Part shown: in pieces, positions 14,926-26,937 of the stretch | Position numbering within the stretch: the stretch's first letter is position 1 | Layout: each line of letters starts with the position of its first letter | Position numbers and translations under genes: made by a program | Notes under the pieces: model-generated | What the model saw: the letters and a program-made list of their open reading frames with translations, nothing else | Told to the model about the DNA's origin: nothing | Database searches by the model: none | NCBI GenBank assembly: GCA_951406725.2 | Contig: OX597816.1 | Location: 147,746,001 to 147,810,000, forward strand | Source: Octopus vulgaris | Taxonomy: Eukaryota | Length of the DNA: 64,000 nucleotides | Direction of reading: 5' to 3'

Positions 14926-15367
14926 GAGGGAGAGAGCAGTGCACGCCATCATAGTGACACAAGGGTCAAATATTCGCAGTCCAATACAACCACTATGACT
15001 ATGCGTCACAACCATATGTGCGCATGCATGACAACTATATGTGCACTCCACGGTTATCTGATATCAAAATAAAAAGCCCATAGCCTTGCAGAATTTTCTT
15101 AAGGTCTAGTAGCCCATCCCATGCAAAAAGTCCCCGAATAATGTTGATTTAAAGATAATGAACAAAACACCAATTATACAAACACTAAATGACTCCTCTC
15201 AACACATGGCTATGATGAACTCCACTACTCCTGCATGTGATCAGAGATGCACATTATCAGCCACGAAGGGACATGCTCAACTGGTTAAGGTCACGCAAAT
15301 GACAAGCAAATCTGTGGTATTGAGCTGAATATTTGCTGTAGTCCATCTTTTATGCAAGACAAAACAT
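14926..15367 (-). mobile_element. Diverged copy of the 13197-13752 repeat family
   Basis: Shared blocks such as cctctcaacacatggctatgatg, gtgatcagagatgcaca and gacaagcaaatctgtggtattgagc. Confidence 0.8.
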
Positions 15368-15405
15368 GTGTATTATGATTATTAATATTATTTTTACTAC
15401 AATAC

Positions 15406-16178
15406 GGCGAGCTAGCAGAATCGTAAGCACGCGTGGCGAAATGCTTAGTCGTATTTCGTCTGCCGTTACGTTCTGAGTTCAAATTCCGCCGAGGTCGACT
15501 TTGCCTTCCATCCTTTCGGGGTCGATTAAATAAGTACCAGTTACGCACTTGGGTCGATATTATCGACTTAATCCGTGTGTCTATACTTGTTTGTCCTCTC
15601 TGTTTTTAGCCCCATGTGGGTAGTAAAGAAATAGGCATTTCGTCTTCCGCTACGTTCTGAGTTCAAATTCCGCCGAGGTCGACTTTGCTTTTCATCCTTT
15701 CCGGGTCGATTAAATAAGTACCAGTTACAAACTAGGGTCGATATAATCGACTTAATCCGTTTGTCTGTCCTTGTTTGTCCCGTCTGTGTTTAGCCCCGTG
15801 TGGGTAGTGACGAAATTGGTATTTCGTCTGCCGTTACGTTCTGAGTTCAAATTCCTCCGAGGTCGACTTTGCCTTTCATCCTTCCTGGGTCGATTAAATA
15901 AGTACCAGTTACAAACTGGGGTCGATATAATCGACTTAATCCGTTTGTCTGTCCTTGTTTGTCCCGTCTGTGTTTAGCCCCGTGTGGGTAGTGACGAAAT
16001 TGGTATTTCGTCTGCCGTTACGTTCTGAGTTCAAATTTCTCCGAGGTCGACTTTGCCTTTCATCCTTTCGGGGTCGATTAAACAATTCCCGGTTATGCAC
16101 TGTAAACGACTTAATCCCTTTGTCTGACCTTGTTTGTTCACTCCATGTTTAGCCGCTAGTAGGCAATATCGAAATAAA
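15406..16178 (+). mobile_element. tRNA-derived SINE (Deu/Nin-like central domain) as a four-unit tandem array with a 184-bp period
   Basis: Head ggcgagctagcagaatcg (A box) and gagttcaaattcc (B box); core aggtcgactttgcctttcatcctttcggggtcgattaaataagtaccag; units restart at 15634, 15818 and 16002. Confidence 0.85.
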
Positions 16179-16895
16179 TATTACTACTACTACTACTACT
16201 ACTACAACTACTACTACTACTACTACTATCATGAAAATATTGACTTAGATACGATAGTAATGATAGTAATGCTAGATGTTGGAGATAGTGTTAGTATTTT
16301 AAGTTCTTCAGAGTGTTGTTTTATCTCAAATGTTAGATGTACGCAAGTTTAGATAGGTTTAAATAGTTATTTTCCTGTTTTTCATTGCTTTTTATTGCTA
16401 CATGTTCTTCCCAAATACTATCTTTAAATATTTCCTCATTGCCTGGTGATAAAATAAATTAGAAGATCTCTAGTTATTGTATTCATTCCGAACAATGCAT
16501 AAAATCATTTTATTCAAATAATAATTTTAGACAAATAATTGTTGTTCAACATAATACTGTAAATGTATTTGCCTCTATAAATTTGAAATGCTTAATTGAA
16601 TAAGGTAATAAAATAACTAAATTGTTCAAGTATGGCACAGGCATTATATAATGTTTCTGGGCGGGACACTTAATGCATAGACGCTTCAGTTCACAAATAT
16701 ATGCACACGCATACACACCAATGCATGCATACATATAGAAATATGTACAAACACTTCCACACACACACACACATATGTGTGTGTCTGTGTCTGTGTATAT
16801 ATATGTATATGTGTGTGTGTGTATATATATATATAATATGTATATGTATATATATACATATATATACATATATATATATACATATATATATATAC

Positions 16896-17012
<117 letters not shown>

Positions 17013-17017
17013 TATAT

Positions 17018-17048
<31 letters not shown>

Positions 17049-17782
17049 TATCTTTCGATATAATTCCTTCGCTGTTTTAGCTTGGCATTACTGAAAATGG
17101 CACAAATTATATTTCCCTTGAAAATATCGTTTTATTTTTTTATTATTTTTTTTTTTTGTTCAGTTTTTTCTGATATTTAGCTACGACATTGGTTCAAGGG
17201 CACAGAATTTGAAGTATGGAAATAGTTGTCATGACAACTTTGGCAATTATTTTATCGAATATGGAGAAACAGAAAGCCAATGCGGCACAAAACATAAAGG
17301 GCTATTTATCTAAGTACACTTCCCTTTCTCCCATTACCTTTTTTATAAAATTAATACGAATAGTTTGCAACTATGAATAGCCACGCCTCGAATAACCCAT
17401 ATTGGTAATGGTTAGATTGAGAAGAGTATAATTTTCCGGGTTACTAATCTCATCATTAGCGTGTGTATTTACAACGTGTATGCCTATGTATGCTTGGAAA
17501 TGTGATTGTTATATGCTATTTCTGTATGTGCAAATAGTCACAGATTCCGGTACTCTATTTCCAAACTATGTTTTATAAGACGGCAACCGCCATGTTACAG
17601 CCAGCGTCAGCGTTCATTTGACACAAAGCGGGTATGTGTTAAATGAGTTGGAAATAGGATATTACGTTATCTAAGGAAACTTGGGTTGTAAATAAATACA
17701 ATTAAATTCATTCGATATTTCAAATAATTTAATATCGAGCCACAGTTTCATGCACGAAATTATTTTCTGTGTCGTTCCAAAT

Positions 17783-17823
<41 letters not shown>

Positions 17824-17829
<6 letters not shown>

Positions 17830-17908
17830 AGAAGCCGGTGATTGTCCCACGCTGATGGCGGATCAATACTCAAAACCCCGGGTCTGTGTGTATCAAGTCA
17901 GTTTGAAG

Positions 17909-17910
<2 letters not shown>
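17824..17910 (+). repeat. Inverted copy (about 86 bp) of 18151-18237, flanked on both sides by (TA)n; contains a degenerate hammerhead
   Basis: Exact reverse complement of 18151-18237 by eye. Confidence 0.92.
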
Positions 17911-17955
<45 letters not shown>

Positions 17956-17969
17956 TATGTATGTATATA

Positions 17970-18002
<33 letters not shown>

Positions 18003-18004
<2 letters not shown>

Positions 18005-18172
18005 TGATGTATATTTTCCACTTAAATGTGGCTAACCCTTAAGGATGGACGCTACTGTAGCTTGTAACCCCAGGAAAGCATCTCCTCCAGCTGGCTATTG
18101 ACACTCTTTCTGTGCCCTATCAATATTTGCAAAGTGAGGTCATCCTTCCCATCTTCAAACTGACTTGATACA
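18003..18172 (-). ncRNA. Putative structured 3' RNA module, homologous to 27003-27163
   Basis: Shares ggNtgacctc, gtgtca, agctNgagg and the order of covarying hairpins with the 27 kb module. Confidence 0.5.
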
Positions 18173-18213
18173 CACAGACCCGGGGTTTTGAGTATTGATC
18201 CGCCATCAGCGTG
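18173..18213 (-). ncRNA. Degenerate minimal type-I hammerhead ribozyme (PLE/retrozyme type)
   Basis: Minus strand: cacg CUGAUGg cggaucaauacuc aAAA ccccggg UC ugug; stem I cacg/ugug, near-palindromic helix III; two core defects. Confidence 0.55.
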
Positions 18214-18552
18214 GGACAATCACCGGCTTCTCTTTATTATACGCACAAGTCCTGAATACAGTGGGGACATACGTAAACATGCGGGAACAAAAAACATATG
18301 AAAGAATGAATTACAATGAATTCAATTAAAAGGAATATGAGACGGTTTTCTTGGTCCCGCTCCGAGACGAAACCGTGATTTCGTCTTTACAATCAAAGGT
18401 TCTTACAGTCTTTTCTTTTTTTTTCCTTTTTAATCTCGTTCTTTTTCTTAGTCTTTTGTCGTTGTTTTTTTATCGTTTTTTTCCCCTTTTTTTCCTTAAA
18501 CTTTTTAAGAATCAATTTTCTCGTTTGAAGTACAAATTTTACTTACTTGTTT

Positions 18553-19546
18553 TTAAATTTTCGTAAAGGGTTTCAAATCTTCTAATTCCACGACCGGTGG
18601 GAGCTCGTCAAACTCGATTTTAACGCTCAGCGGGTCTATGAAATGTCCATACATCTCTCTCAACTTCAAAAATCTCTCTTGATCTATGACGATTCCTTTA
18701 GTGTATACCGAGTATTCTCCTGGCGGCAGCCTTACTCTTATTACCGATTTATATTTTACAATCGTTTTCTCTATTTCTTTACTTTGGGAATACGTGACCA
18801 AATTGCACTTATATCTCTTCCTTTTCACTTCTGCTTGCTTCGGCTCCGGTCCCGATTTGTTCGGGCGTGCAGAAACATCATAACCAATTTTTATAAACGC
18901 TTCCTCTTTCTCCCTGTTGTAATGCTGTTTTTCCTGTGTGCCTTCTTTCACTACTGCTTCTGTTGGCGCTTCACACCTATTTCTTTTCTTCCGTCTCAAT
19001 CTCTTTTAGCCTTTCTTAACTGTCTGGGGAAGAATTCACCCGTTTCTTTCTCTTCCTCGTGTTTACTACTGTGAAGGGTTCCTCCACTCTATCTGTATTT
19101 TTATTGGTACACCTCTTCGGTATTGTTTTCTTCACTTTTCTTCTCTTCGTTTTCCTTCTCGGAAAAACCTGTTTCATGTGCCCTTTTTTGCTGCATAGGA
19201 AGCATGTTGGTGGTCTTCCTTCTACTGTTATTCGATGTCTGGTGTATTCCGGGAGTATTATTTCCTCTATTATACTATGCAAGTCTTCCAAGAATACCTG
19301 CATGGTCACTTCGATGCCATATCCCCACCAATTGAGGTTTTGGGTCCTCGTTATCTCGAGGATCTCTACCCCATCCTTCATATCGTGCATTATGGCTGCT
19401 ACCACCCATTCCTCCTCGTTTTCGGAGGGCACTCTTCCAATTCTCACTCTGGCACAGTACGTCGGAAGTAATATCCATTTCGTTGGCCGTAACAGGTCCC
19501 TGGAGTGATTTATGGCATCTTCTTCATTGCCAAACCTTACTTCCAC
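18553..19546 (-). pseudogene. Disrupted gag-like/ORF1-like protein with a CCHC-type zinc knuckle (retroelement-derived), no RT
   Basis: ORF 19016-19546: ARVRIGRVP..RITVEGRPPTCFLCSKKGHMKQVFP (CX2CX4H, last Cys lost), basic linker; continues after a frameshift/stop in ORF 18553-18999. Confidence 0.7.
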
Positions 19547-19549
19547 TGA

Positions 19550-20300
19550 ACAAGGAAAACTAATACAAACGAAGAAAACAAAAGACTGTTTTCAGTCTCT
19601 AATGAAGCTGACAAATACAAAAAAGCAGCCATAATACCTAACAACTGTGAAGAAAAAGAAGAAACAACAAAATCTGTAAGACAAATGAAATCCAAACTAA
19701 AACTGGAACATCAACGGATCATGATAAAACGGTGGCAAGAAAAGTCCCTTCATGGGAAAATACTAGGTTAAATTAAACAGAAAAGACATACACAGGCAAA
19801 ATTCCAACTTTGGGTGAGAAGCTCAGGACTCAAAGCAGGGACTGAAGGATTTGTAACTGCAGCACAAGACCAAAGCCTCCCCACCAGAAATTACCAAAAA
19901 CATATAATGAAAAGAAACGTAGCAAGTATCCGCTGAATATGTGGCGATGGACAAGAAACAATAAACTATATTGTCACTGGCTGCCCGGTCCTGGCTAAGA
20001 AGGATTATATTCGCAGACATGACAGAGTTGTGACCTATGTACACAGGAAGCTATGCCAACGTTATGGAATGACAGCAGAAAAAAGATGGTGTAGGCACAC
20101 ACCAGAAAAGTTCACAGAAAATGAGAAAGCAATCATACTCTGGGATATGCCAATACAAACAGATAGAGAAATTAAGGTCAATTGGGCGGATATAGTTGTC
20201 AGCTTTCATCAAGATGAAAAAATGCTTTCTAGTCAATGTATCAATACCAAGAGATGACAACGATTATCTAAAAGAAATGGAGAAACTTGCAAAAACAGAA
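19550..20300 (+). mobile_element. Decayed Dong/R4-like LINE fragment, same subfamily as 9503-10410
   Basis: High nucleotide similarity to 9630-10100 (agaagctcaggactcaaagcag..gcagcacaagaccaaagcctcccc..ctctgggatatgcc); WQEKSLHG motif. Confidence 0.9.
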
Positions 20301-20431
20301 ACAAAAAGTTTTTAAAATAGTGCTCAAGGGAACAACTTATATCCTACGAAAAACATGCTGTATGTTTTAATCTGTAAATATTATCAAAAGTGTTTTGAAA
20401 TGTGCATTATATAGGCGCAGGAGTAGATATA

Positions 20432-20830
20432 GGCGCAGGAGTGGCTGTGTGGTAAGTAGCTTGTTTACCAACCACATTGTCCCAGGTGGCACCTGCGTGG
20501 CACCTTGGGCAAGTGTCTTCTACTATAGCCTCGGGCCGACCAAAGCCTTGTGAGTGGATTTGGTAGACGGAAACTGAAAGAAGACCGTCGTATATATGTA
20601 TATATATATGCGTGTGTATGTTTGTGTGTCTGTGTTTGACCCCCTAGCATTGCATGACAACCGATGCTGGTGTGTTTATGTCCCCGTTACCTAGCGGTTC
20701 GGCAAAAGAGACCGATAGAATAAGGACTGGGCTTACAAAAGAATAAGTCCCGGGTCGAGTTGCTCGACTAAAGGCGGTGCTCCATCATGGCCGCAGTCAA
20801 ATGACTGAAACAAGTAAAAGAGTAAAGAGT
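20432..20830 (+). mobile_element. tRNA-derived SINE, family 2 (ggcgcaggagtggctgtgtggtaag head, ccttgggcaagtg core)
   Basis: A-box-like tggctgtgtgg; other copies at 22412-22880(+), 37495-37751(-), 44387-44780(+) and 52505-52893(-). Confidence 0.8.
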
Positions 20831-20942
20831 ATAGGAAACACCTTTTACTGTCTTTTTCACATCAGACTATCATCTTATAATCAATTTATTTTAAAACAAA
20901 CTTCTAATTTTCTTTGTTTTAACCGACATTCTCTAGAACAAT

Positions 20943-20995
<53 letters not shown>

Positions 20996-21024
20996 AAGTG
21001 GAGTTGTAAGGTACCGCACAAGTG

Positions 21025-21071
<47 letters not shown>

Positions 21072-22411
21072 AAGCTGAAGATATTCTAAGTTTTCTCCGG
21101 TACACGGAGACAACAATCCACAGTGAATATTTCAATCCTTTCTATTCATAAGTATCTGGCACCTTTCATTTTATTTTCTCAATTCAATACGAATATGCAA
21201 CGTCCTTCCAACACATACTAATCAAATATTCAGTCATTTCATATAAGCTGATTTTAATGTGGTATTCATTGCAACACCGCGTGACTCTAATCGGTACAGA
21301 ACCAAACTAACTGAAGGAGATTCTTTTAGAATTCAATACTAATAAAAAGTTTCTTGTCGCACATAGGGGTTTAGTAGTCTTATCTGATAAACTATCCATT
21401 AATAGACACAGATTAGGTTGCTTAAGCTCAAAATGGGTAATACTTCGCCATATCTAAATATACACGATTATGAGATACTGTACTGAAGTAATCTCAAATA
21501 TTAATCTTATTTTCAAGAATCTATGTTTCATGCAGAAAGCTATTCAAAGTTATGTTGCGGAGTTGTGACAAATTATAATTTTCTTATTTCCTTTTTGTGG
21601 ATATCGAAAGTGTAAATATGGTTCATTTGATTCAGACACAAGAAATAAAATTGTGTGCTGTGCACGTGTGTCTAGCCACTATGACCGCCTTTTGTCCGTC
21701 TGCACTTGAATATTTCCATCGTCATTGCGTTGCGATCGCAATGTATTGATTCACTAGAACTTGCTAGGACTGACTCCTCCCTCGGCACGCCGATATAATC
21801 AATTGTGAATTGTGTACACCTCCCAGCAAGAAGCTGGTTCTCGCCCAAACAAATCTTCAACGTAGGATGTTAGCGGTGTTGCTAAAAGCAGGTGGAAATC
21901 ATGATAAATGATGAGTTAAATATACAGACAGCTTTATTTGTTGTATCTAAAACCAGTGTTTTTTTCACAATATGAGAATGTGCGTGTACATGGCTCTATG
22001 TGAATGTGTGCATGTATAGTGTGTGTGAGTGAGCGACGATTAATCACACGTATATAAGTATATATATTCCCAAGTATATGCTTATAAATGTATATATGTA
22101 TACATATATGTATAAGTGTAAATAAATGTGTGTATGTGTGTGTGCCTTGTGTGTGTATTACATATATATATGTATGTATAAGTATATGTATTTATATTAT
22201 ACATATATATTATATATATTATGTAATATATATGTCATATAAACATTATGTATTATATGTAAGTAAATTTTATATTCATATACATATATATATAAATTTA
22301 TATATATATGTACGTATGTATGTATGTATGTATGTATGTATGTATGTATGTATGTATGTGTGTATGTATGTATGTATGTATGTATGTATGTATGTATGTA
22401 TGTATGTATGT

Positions 22412-22880
22412 ATAGGCCTAAGCGTACCTCTGCGGCAAGAAGTTTGCTTCCCAACCGATTTCTTCAGTCCCACTGCGCGGCACGTTGGGGAAGGGCCTTC
22501 TGCCGCACCTCCGAGATGAAGAAAACCTTGTGAAAAAATGTAATAGGCGGAAACTGAAAGAAGCCCATCGTATATATAAGTGTATTTGTGTGTGTGTGTG
22601 TACGTATGTGTACCTGAGTGTTTGTGTGTATGAGCGCGCGTGTGTGCGTATGTTTGTGTGTATGTGTCTGTCTGTACACGGGTTTTTTGTGTCTCTATCC
22701 TTTACCACCGCTTGACCACCGGTGTTGGTGTTATTTAAATCACCATAACGCAGCGGTTCAACAATAAAGCCGATGAAATAAGTACTACCCTTAAAATAAA
22801 TAAGCTCTGTGGTCGATCCACTAGACTAAAATTTTCAAGTTAGTGCCCCGGCATGTCCAAAGGAAAATGATAAGAGATAA
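22412..22880 (+). mobile_element. Diverged family-2 SINE
   Basis: cggaaactgaaagaagcccatcgtatat and other blocks shared with 20432-20830. Confidence 0.65.
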
Positions 22881-22970
22881 AAGTTAAAGTTATATATCAT
22901 ATACATTCATATATATACATATATGTATGTATATATATGTACATACATATATACATACATATATATATAT

Positions 22971-24404
22971 TCATGGAACGAATAGTCAGAGGGAAGCTGA
23001 TCACCTTCCTTGAAGAGAATGACTTGCTGCCCGACACCCAACATGGTTTCCGACCAGGGAGAAGCTGTTTAACTCAGCTCCTACAACACTATGACTGGGT
23101 GCTGAAACGGCTGCTCAACCACTCAAATGTGGAAGTGATATATCTCGACTTTGCAAAGGCCTTTGATAAAGTCGATCATGGAATGATATGTCACAAACTG
23201 CGTGATCTCAACATGGTTGGAAAACTGGGAGAATGGCTTCATGGCTTTCTGAAAGATAGAGGTCAGGTGGTGGTGGCCAATGGGGCCACTTCCATTAACA
23301 CGCAAATAGTGAGCGGTGTTCCGCAGGGCACTGTTCTGGGACCACTACTGTTCATAATGGCCCTCTCAGACATGCCCTCAGCCACGCAGAGAGCCACAAT
23401 CACAAGTTATGCAGATGATACAAAAGTTTCACAGGCAATACAGAACCCTGAGGACACTAAACACCTGCAATGTGAGCTGGACAAAATATACAAGTGGGCC
23501 GAAAAGAATAGCATGCAGTTCAATGCTGAAAAGTTTCAAGCTCTATACTATCAGCATGCAAAACTAAATGCAATACCCAATGAATACACTGGACCCGGAG
23601 GAATAGCAATCCCAGAGGCACAATCAGTGCGTGACCTAGGTATTTACATGAGTGATGACGCGACCTTTCGTGTACATGTTGCTAAATTGGCAATGAAATG
23701 TAGACGACTGGCCGGATGGATCCTCAGAACCTTTAGAACAAGAGAACAAGAAACCATGATGGTCCTCTGGAGGACACTTGTCCTAAGCCACTTTGACTAC
23801 TGCTCTCAGTTATGGTCACCATCCAGTGTCAAGTTGATCACAGAGCTCGAGGCGATCCAACGTAGCTACACGAAGAAGATAGCCTCTATGCAGAATGTAA
23901 GCTACTGGGAAAGACTCAAGAGATTAAAACTATATTCCCAGGAGCGTAGGCGGGAAAGATATGCCATAATATACATCTGGAAGATCCTGGAGGGACGTGT
24001 CCTGAACTTTGGCATCGAGAGTTACGCAAATGCCAGAACTGGGCGCCACTGCGTGGTGCCTAGGACTCCAAACTTGCCATCAAGATGTAGGACAAGATTC
24101 TGTGATAGCCTGGGCTTCCGAAGCCCACAGCTCTTCAATATCCTCCCAAAGAACCTGAGAGACCTGCATGGGGTGGATGCAGATGTCTTTAAAATGAAGC
24201 TGGATCTCTTCCTGTCAGGTGTCCCGGATGAACCAACTTCACGGCAGGAGGGGCAGATGAGGGCAGCTGCATCGAACTCTCTCATGCACTAAATGGCAGT
24301 TGCTAGAAAGCTTTCGTGAAGTGAAACCAAGTAGCAACACCAAATGGCGGTGCCCCAGCATGGCCACAGCTCATAAGCTGAAACTAGAATCAATCAATCA
24401 ATCA

Positions 24405-24407
<3 letters not shown>
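22971..24407 (+). mobile_element. 5'-truncated CR1/L2-group LINE with uninterrupted RT ORF and (TCAA)n 3' tail, inserted in (TA)n
   Basis: QHGFRPGRSCLTQLL, YLDFAKAFDKVDH, SGVPQGTVLGPLLF, YADD, VRDLGI, DYCSQLWSP, YWERLKRLKLYS; ORF open to 24292; tail aatcaatcaatc. Confidence 0.95.
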
Positions 24408-24481
<74 letters not shown>

Positions 24482-24525
24482 GTATATATATGTACATACA
24501 TATACATATATATGTATATATATAT

Positions 24526-24703
24526 GTTACCTTCGAAACACGCATGGAGTCGAACTAGGGATAGCTGATGAAGGGGAATTTTCCTTGTATTGTTTGTCTT
24601 GTACTCTGTTTTTTCGTTGTTAAAAAAAAGTCCGTTTCCATGTTTGTTTTTACGTTTTCGTTTCTCGTTGAGTTCTACGTCTATTTGTGGTGTCCTGTAC
24701 TCA
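24526..24703 (+). mobile_element. (TA)n-embedded repeat fragment with hammerhead-like core boxes in permuted order
   Basis: ccttcGAAAc..gTC..ctagggatag CTGATGA aggg, followed by a T-rich segment; flanked by TA repeats. Confidence 0.4.
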
Positions 24704-24773
24704 CATATATATATTTATATATGCATGTATATATACATGTAGATGTAGGTACGTACATATATGTATGTATGCA

Positions 24774-24854
<81 letters not shown>

Positions 24855-24865
24855 CGTCGATAAAT

Positions 24866-25172
24866 ACTCTGTCGCTTACGAAGACGAAGGTTCCAGTTGA
24901 TCTGATCAACAGAAAAGATGCTCGTGAGTTTAACGTTTAAGTGACTGAACACTCCACAGACACGCGCACCCCTTCACATACATCTAAAAGGAGATTCAGT
25001 GTGACAAGTCTGGTCCCTTGAAATACAGGTACTACTCGTTTCTGCCAGCCGAGGGGATTGGAACACAGTGAAATAAAGTATTTTGCTCAAGGATACAACG
25101 CGCCACTTCGAATTGAATTCGCGACCCTATAATCGCAAGCCGAACACCCTAACCACTAAGCCACGCGCCTTC
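24866..25172 (-). mobile_element. tRNA-derived SINE, family 3 (diverged)
   Basis: Minus-strand head gaaggcgcgtggcttagtggttagggtgttcggc; body similar to 49300-49680. Confidence 0.75.
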
Positions 25173-25701
25173 ACATAGATACATACATACATACATACAT
25201 ACATACATACATACATACATACATACATACATACATACATACATACATGCATGCATGCATACATATAAATTTAATGATAGGAGATTGCAAATAGGTTTTA
25301 ATAGCGAATGATAAGAATAAGAAAATAACAAGGAAAAAGAAAGAAGCAAACGCCATTTCTACGCCGCGACTATTTCCCTCCAGTCCTTTAAACGATGTTA
25401 ATGGCTCAATAACAACAACTTCAAAAATAAAAGATGAAATCACGTCCACAACAAACAACAGCAACAACAGGTAGCGAAAACAATATTAGTATGCTATTAT
25501 ATGGATCGTAGAGCATTCGTTAAATTTCTCTATGGCAGCCGAATGTTTAATAGTAGTATCATGCGTATTAATAAAATGCCCAAATAGCCGTAAAAACGTA
25601 TATGTCTAACATTTGTACGTATGAATGTGTCTGCAAGAATATGCATACCTGTATGTATGCACATATATACATACACACGCGCGCACATACACACACACAT
25701 A

Positions 25702-25752
<51 letters not shown>

Positions 25753-26263
25753 ATAAATGAATAACGAATGTTATTTCTTTCTATATACTGTCATATGTAT
25801 GCATGTATGTATGTATACCTATATATGTATGCATATATATATATATATATATATAATTAGTCACCCATAGAGAAGCATGCATGTGCGTCTATGCTCATAG
25901 AAATTATAACTATACTTGATTTCATGCCCTGTCATACATGTAGAATACATTCTCTCCGTACCACTGCATGCAATCTACACCTTAGCTTTCTCTCTTTCTC
26001 CCTCTATCACACTCCACTAGACACGCGTACATACACGCGTATAAGCACACATGCACATAAATGCATGCACACACAAACAGACACACAGACACACACACGT
26101 CAGAACATTCACACATGTGATTCGACATGCGTAGACGCCTATGCCCATGTCTGTGAGATTATAACGGAAGATATACGCTTGACGTTCAGAAAAGAGATTG
26201 AAAGGCAACTGATTATACATATAGTCAATATTCATGCGATGGCTTATTGAATCCATACACACA

Positions 26264-26362
<99 letters not shown>

Positions 26363-26384
26363 TGATTGATAGATATATATATAT

Positions 26385-26418
<34 letters not shown>

Positions 26419-26420
<2 letters not shown>

Positions 26421-26550
26421 GTTTCTTTATTAGCCACACAGGGCTGCACACAGATGGGACAAAGTACAAGGTAGAGCTTGGGGGGGGATAAAAAAGGGGG
26501 TTTGGTTTTCGATCAAAAGGGGTCGTAAAAAGGAAAAAAGAAAAAAAATA
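26419..26550 (-). mobile_element. 3' UTR end of a putative LINE inserted in (GATA)n; tail shared with family-1 SINE
   Basis: Minus strand ccttgtactttgtcccatctgtgtgcagccctgtgtggctaataaagaaac then (TATC)n. Confidence 0.6.
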
Positions 26551-26698
26551 GATAGATAGATAGATATTGATATAGATATATGTCAGACAGAACCAAAAAA
26601 AGAAAGATTTGGGGAATATTTGCAGTGAAGGACATTTCTTTTGTGCAAAGCAATTAGTAGAGCTCAATGAAAATGAAAATAAGGATTAAATTATATAA

Positions 26699-26732
<34 letters not shown>

Positions 26733-26849
26733 TAAGAAAGAAAAATATGGAAAACCGCAGAGAAGGTTTGTATATTAAATTTTATGCTAATATTAAGATC
26801 ATAATAAAACAGTGTTGTATTACAACATCATATAATAATATAATAGACT

Positions 26850-26888
26850 GGGAGTACCGACTTCGCGTCTTACGCTTATCAAACTTCC
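26850..26888 (-). ncRNA. Minimal type-I hammerhead motif with U3-A8 core (one substitution in GAAA)
   Basis: Minus strand: ggaagu UUGAUAA gcgu aag acgc GAAg ucgg UA cuccc; perfect 4-bp stem II, imperfect stem I. Confidence 0.6.
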
Positions 26889-26937
26889 AAGGTCTTAGAA
26901 ATCAGCCATATATATATTTATATATATATATATATAA

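Noticed and set aside
15406-16178. CRISPR-like or satellite array
   Set aside because: Units are SINE bodies without unique spacers; eukaryotic context.
18040-18110. Twister-like GGUUACAAGC on the minus strand; also tested SECIS and HDV-like folds
   Set aside because: P1/P2 and pseudoknot partners not found; the motif is not conserved in the 27 kb homologue.
21672-21900. GC-richer unique segment as a possible host exon
   Set aside because: No recognisable protein motif; frames after the candidate acceptor close quickly.
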